From the NCBI GenBank assembly GCA_035934545.1, contig DASYXV010000078.1, positions 34,232-98,231 on the forward strand: 64,000 bases of DNA, written 5' to 3'. The notes beneath the pieces are model-generated. The model made no database searches. It saw nothing but the letters and a program-made list of their open reading frames with translations, and was not told the DNA's origin. This DNA is from Candidatus Acidiferrales bacterium (GTDB taxonomy: Bacteria > Acidobacteriota > Terriglobia > Acidiferrales > UBA7541). Both the position numbers and the translations under genes were made by a program. Each line of letters opens with the position of its first letter. The stretch's first letter is position 1. This document shows positions 62,784 through 64,000 of the stretch, in pieces.

Positions 62784-64000
62784 GAAGCGCGTTTCCGGTA
62801 CATCTCTTCGATCTGAGCTTCCAGTTTTTCTGCAATCACGTCGCGCCTGAGTTTACCATTGGCCGTCACCATTCCGCTCTCGATCGTGAATGGCTCCGCC
62901 TCGATGTGAAACGCGCGGATTTGCTTGTAATGCGGGAGATGCAAATTCATTTCTTCGATGGCCGTTGCAACTTCATCGCGTGTTAGCTTTGAACCTGCCG
63001 CTGTTGTCATGATTGCCGAGAGCGAGTTTCGCTGATTCCCAATCATCACCACGTGTTGCGCCGCAGGAAGCATCCTCGCGAGTTCTTCTTCCAGCGGCTC
63101 CGGCGCGATATTATGGCCGGAATTGAGAACAATTAGATTCTTGACCCTGCCCGTGATCTTCCAGTTGCCGCGGGAATTCATTTCGCCTTTATCGCCCGTA
63201 TGGAACCATCCATCGCGTAGCACTCTTGCCGTTTCTTCGGGACGATTCCAGTATCCGGAAAAAACATTTGGCCCACGCGCGAGAATCTCCTGGTTTTCTC
63301 CGAGGTTCATTTCCAGCCCTGGAATCGGCGGGCCCACAAATCCCGGTTCGACATTCGCCGGGTCATCCATCGTGCAAATCGCCGTCGTCTCAGTCAGTCC
63401 GTAAACCTGCAGGACGGGAACCCCCAGCATCATGAAGAATTTCTGTGTCTCGATCGCCAGCGGCGCTGAGCCGCAAATCAGCGCCTTGAGGCGCGTCCCC
63501 AAGCTTTTGCGAATCGTCGGAAAAATCAATGCGTTCGCAATCGCAAGCCATACACCATCAGCGAGCCGTGCGCCAGAGGTCCCCCGCCGCAGATACGCGC
63601 GCTTTGCGCGTGCAAAAACTCCCGCGACCCAGCCTCTGTGCCCGCCGACTTGCTCTTCGACCTTCCTCCGCACGCGCTCAAGGAGCAGCGGCACATTCAA
63701 GAAGTAATTCGGATTCGCAAGCTTCATTTCCTCGCCGAGCTTCGTCAGGTCCGTCGAAAGCGACAGCACGCTGGTCCGCGAGAGGCAGCTCAGCAGCAAA
63801 ATCCATGAAGCCGCTAGGCTAAACGGGCCGTAGTGAAACACCTGTTCCGGCTCGCTTCGCGGGCCCATAAGCTGGTCGAGCCTCGTAGTAGTGCACGAGA
63901 CCATGTGATCCAGGTTGCCCACATTCAACACGACACCTTTCGGTTCGCCAGAAGTACCTGACGTGTAGATAATAGTCACGGCATCGGCCCGTGAAAGCGA
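62780..64000 (-). CDS. AMP-dependent synthetase/ligase (long-chain-fatty-acid-CoA ligase-like); N-terminus outside the window
   Basis: The frame is open to nt 64000 (..SLSRADAVTIIYTSGTSGEPKGV). Contains YGLTET and TGDKG..GR..K motifs. Confidence 0.85.
   Translation of the reverse strand, partial: SLSRADAVTIIYTSGTSGEPKGVVLNVGNLDHMVSCTTTRLDQLMGPRSEPEQVFHYGPFSLAASWILLLSCLSRTSVLSLSTDLTKLGEEMKLANPNYFLNVPLLLERVRRKVEEQVGGHRGWVAGVFARAKRAYLRRGTSGARLADGVWLAIANALIFPTIRKSLGTRLKALICGSAPLAIETQKFFMMLGVPVLQVYGLTETTAICTMDDPANVEPGFVGPPIPGLEMNLGENQEILARGPNVFSGYWNRPEETARVLRDGWFHTGDKGEMNSRGNWKITGRVKNLIVLNSGHNIAPEPLEEELARMLPAAQHVVMIGNQRNSLSAIMTTAAGSKLTRDEVATAIEEMNLHLPHYKQIRAFHIEAEPFTIESGMVTANGKLRRDVIAEKLEAQIEEMYRKRAS

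Overview
This 64-kb stretch looks chromosomal and comes from a moderately GC-rich diderm bacterium. The gene mix suggests Acidobacteriota: two ~1080-aa sortilin/BNR beta-propeller paralogues, several sigma-54 enhancer-binding regulators and many secreted hypotheticals. That taxonomic call is inference only. I call about 56 protein genes, one tRNA-Leu(UAA), and a few terminators, operator-like repeats and dispersed repeats.
Functional blocks, in order:
- partial rhaT-like transporter and a BNR protein
- a lower-GC islet of secreted hypotheticals (4.7-7.3 kb)
- an NtrC-type regulator/kinase/lipoprotein operon
- thiO
- a polysaccharide deacetylase with a Zn-ribbon partner
- an operon of secreted protein, orphan SBP, kinase and sigma-54 regulator
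- a flotillin-like SPFH protein and an M50-CBS protease
- a CusRS-like two-component system plus an OMF-MFP-RND efflux pump
- an RHH plus unknown small-gene cassette
- thiolase, hydrolase and acyl-CoA dehydrogenase
- SDR, ispH, ureohydrolase, hisC and a HAD hydrolase
- tRNA-Leu
- a penicillin/AHL-acylase-family protein
- NIPSNAP, a PEP-mutase-family protein, ArsR and DUF1223
- REC-PilZ plus a hybrid kinase
- the second BNR paralogue
- a dense lipid-metabolism cluster running off the 3' edge (CDP-alcohol phosphatidyltransferase, PlsC, lipid kinase, two AMP-ligases, ACP, crotonase)
I saw no rRNA, CRISPR, transposase, integrase or phage genes.
Best leads:
1. An RHH-regulator plus unassignable 80-aa gene pair with a 10-bp-phased triple repeat (TA-like cassette, 33.5-34.0 kb).
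2. A ~75-bp conserved element present twice in inverted orientation (15.6 and 34.3 kb), one copy followed by a terminator-like hairpin.
3. The ACP/ligase/kinase/acyltransferase lipid cluster.
4. A sensory operon with an orphan substrate-binding protein.
All family calls rest on by-eye motif recognition, because no database search was possible.
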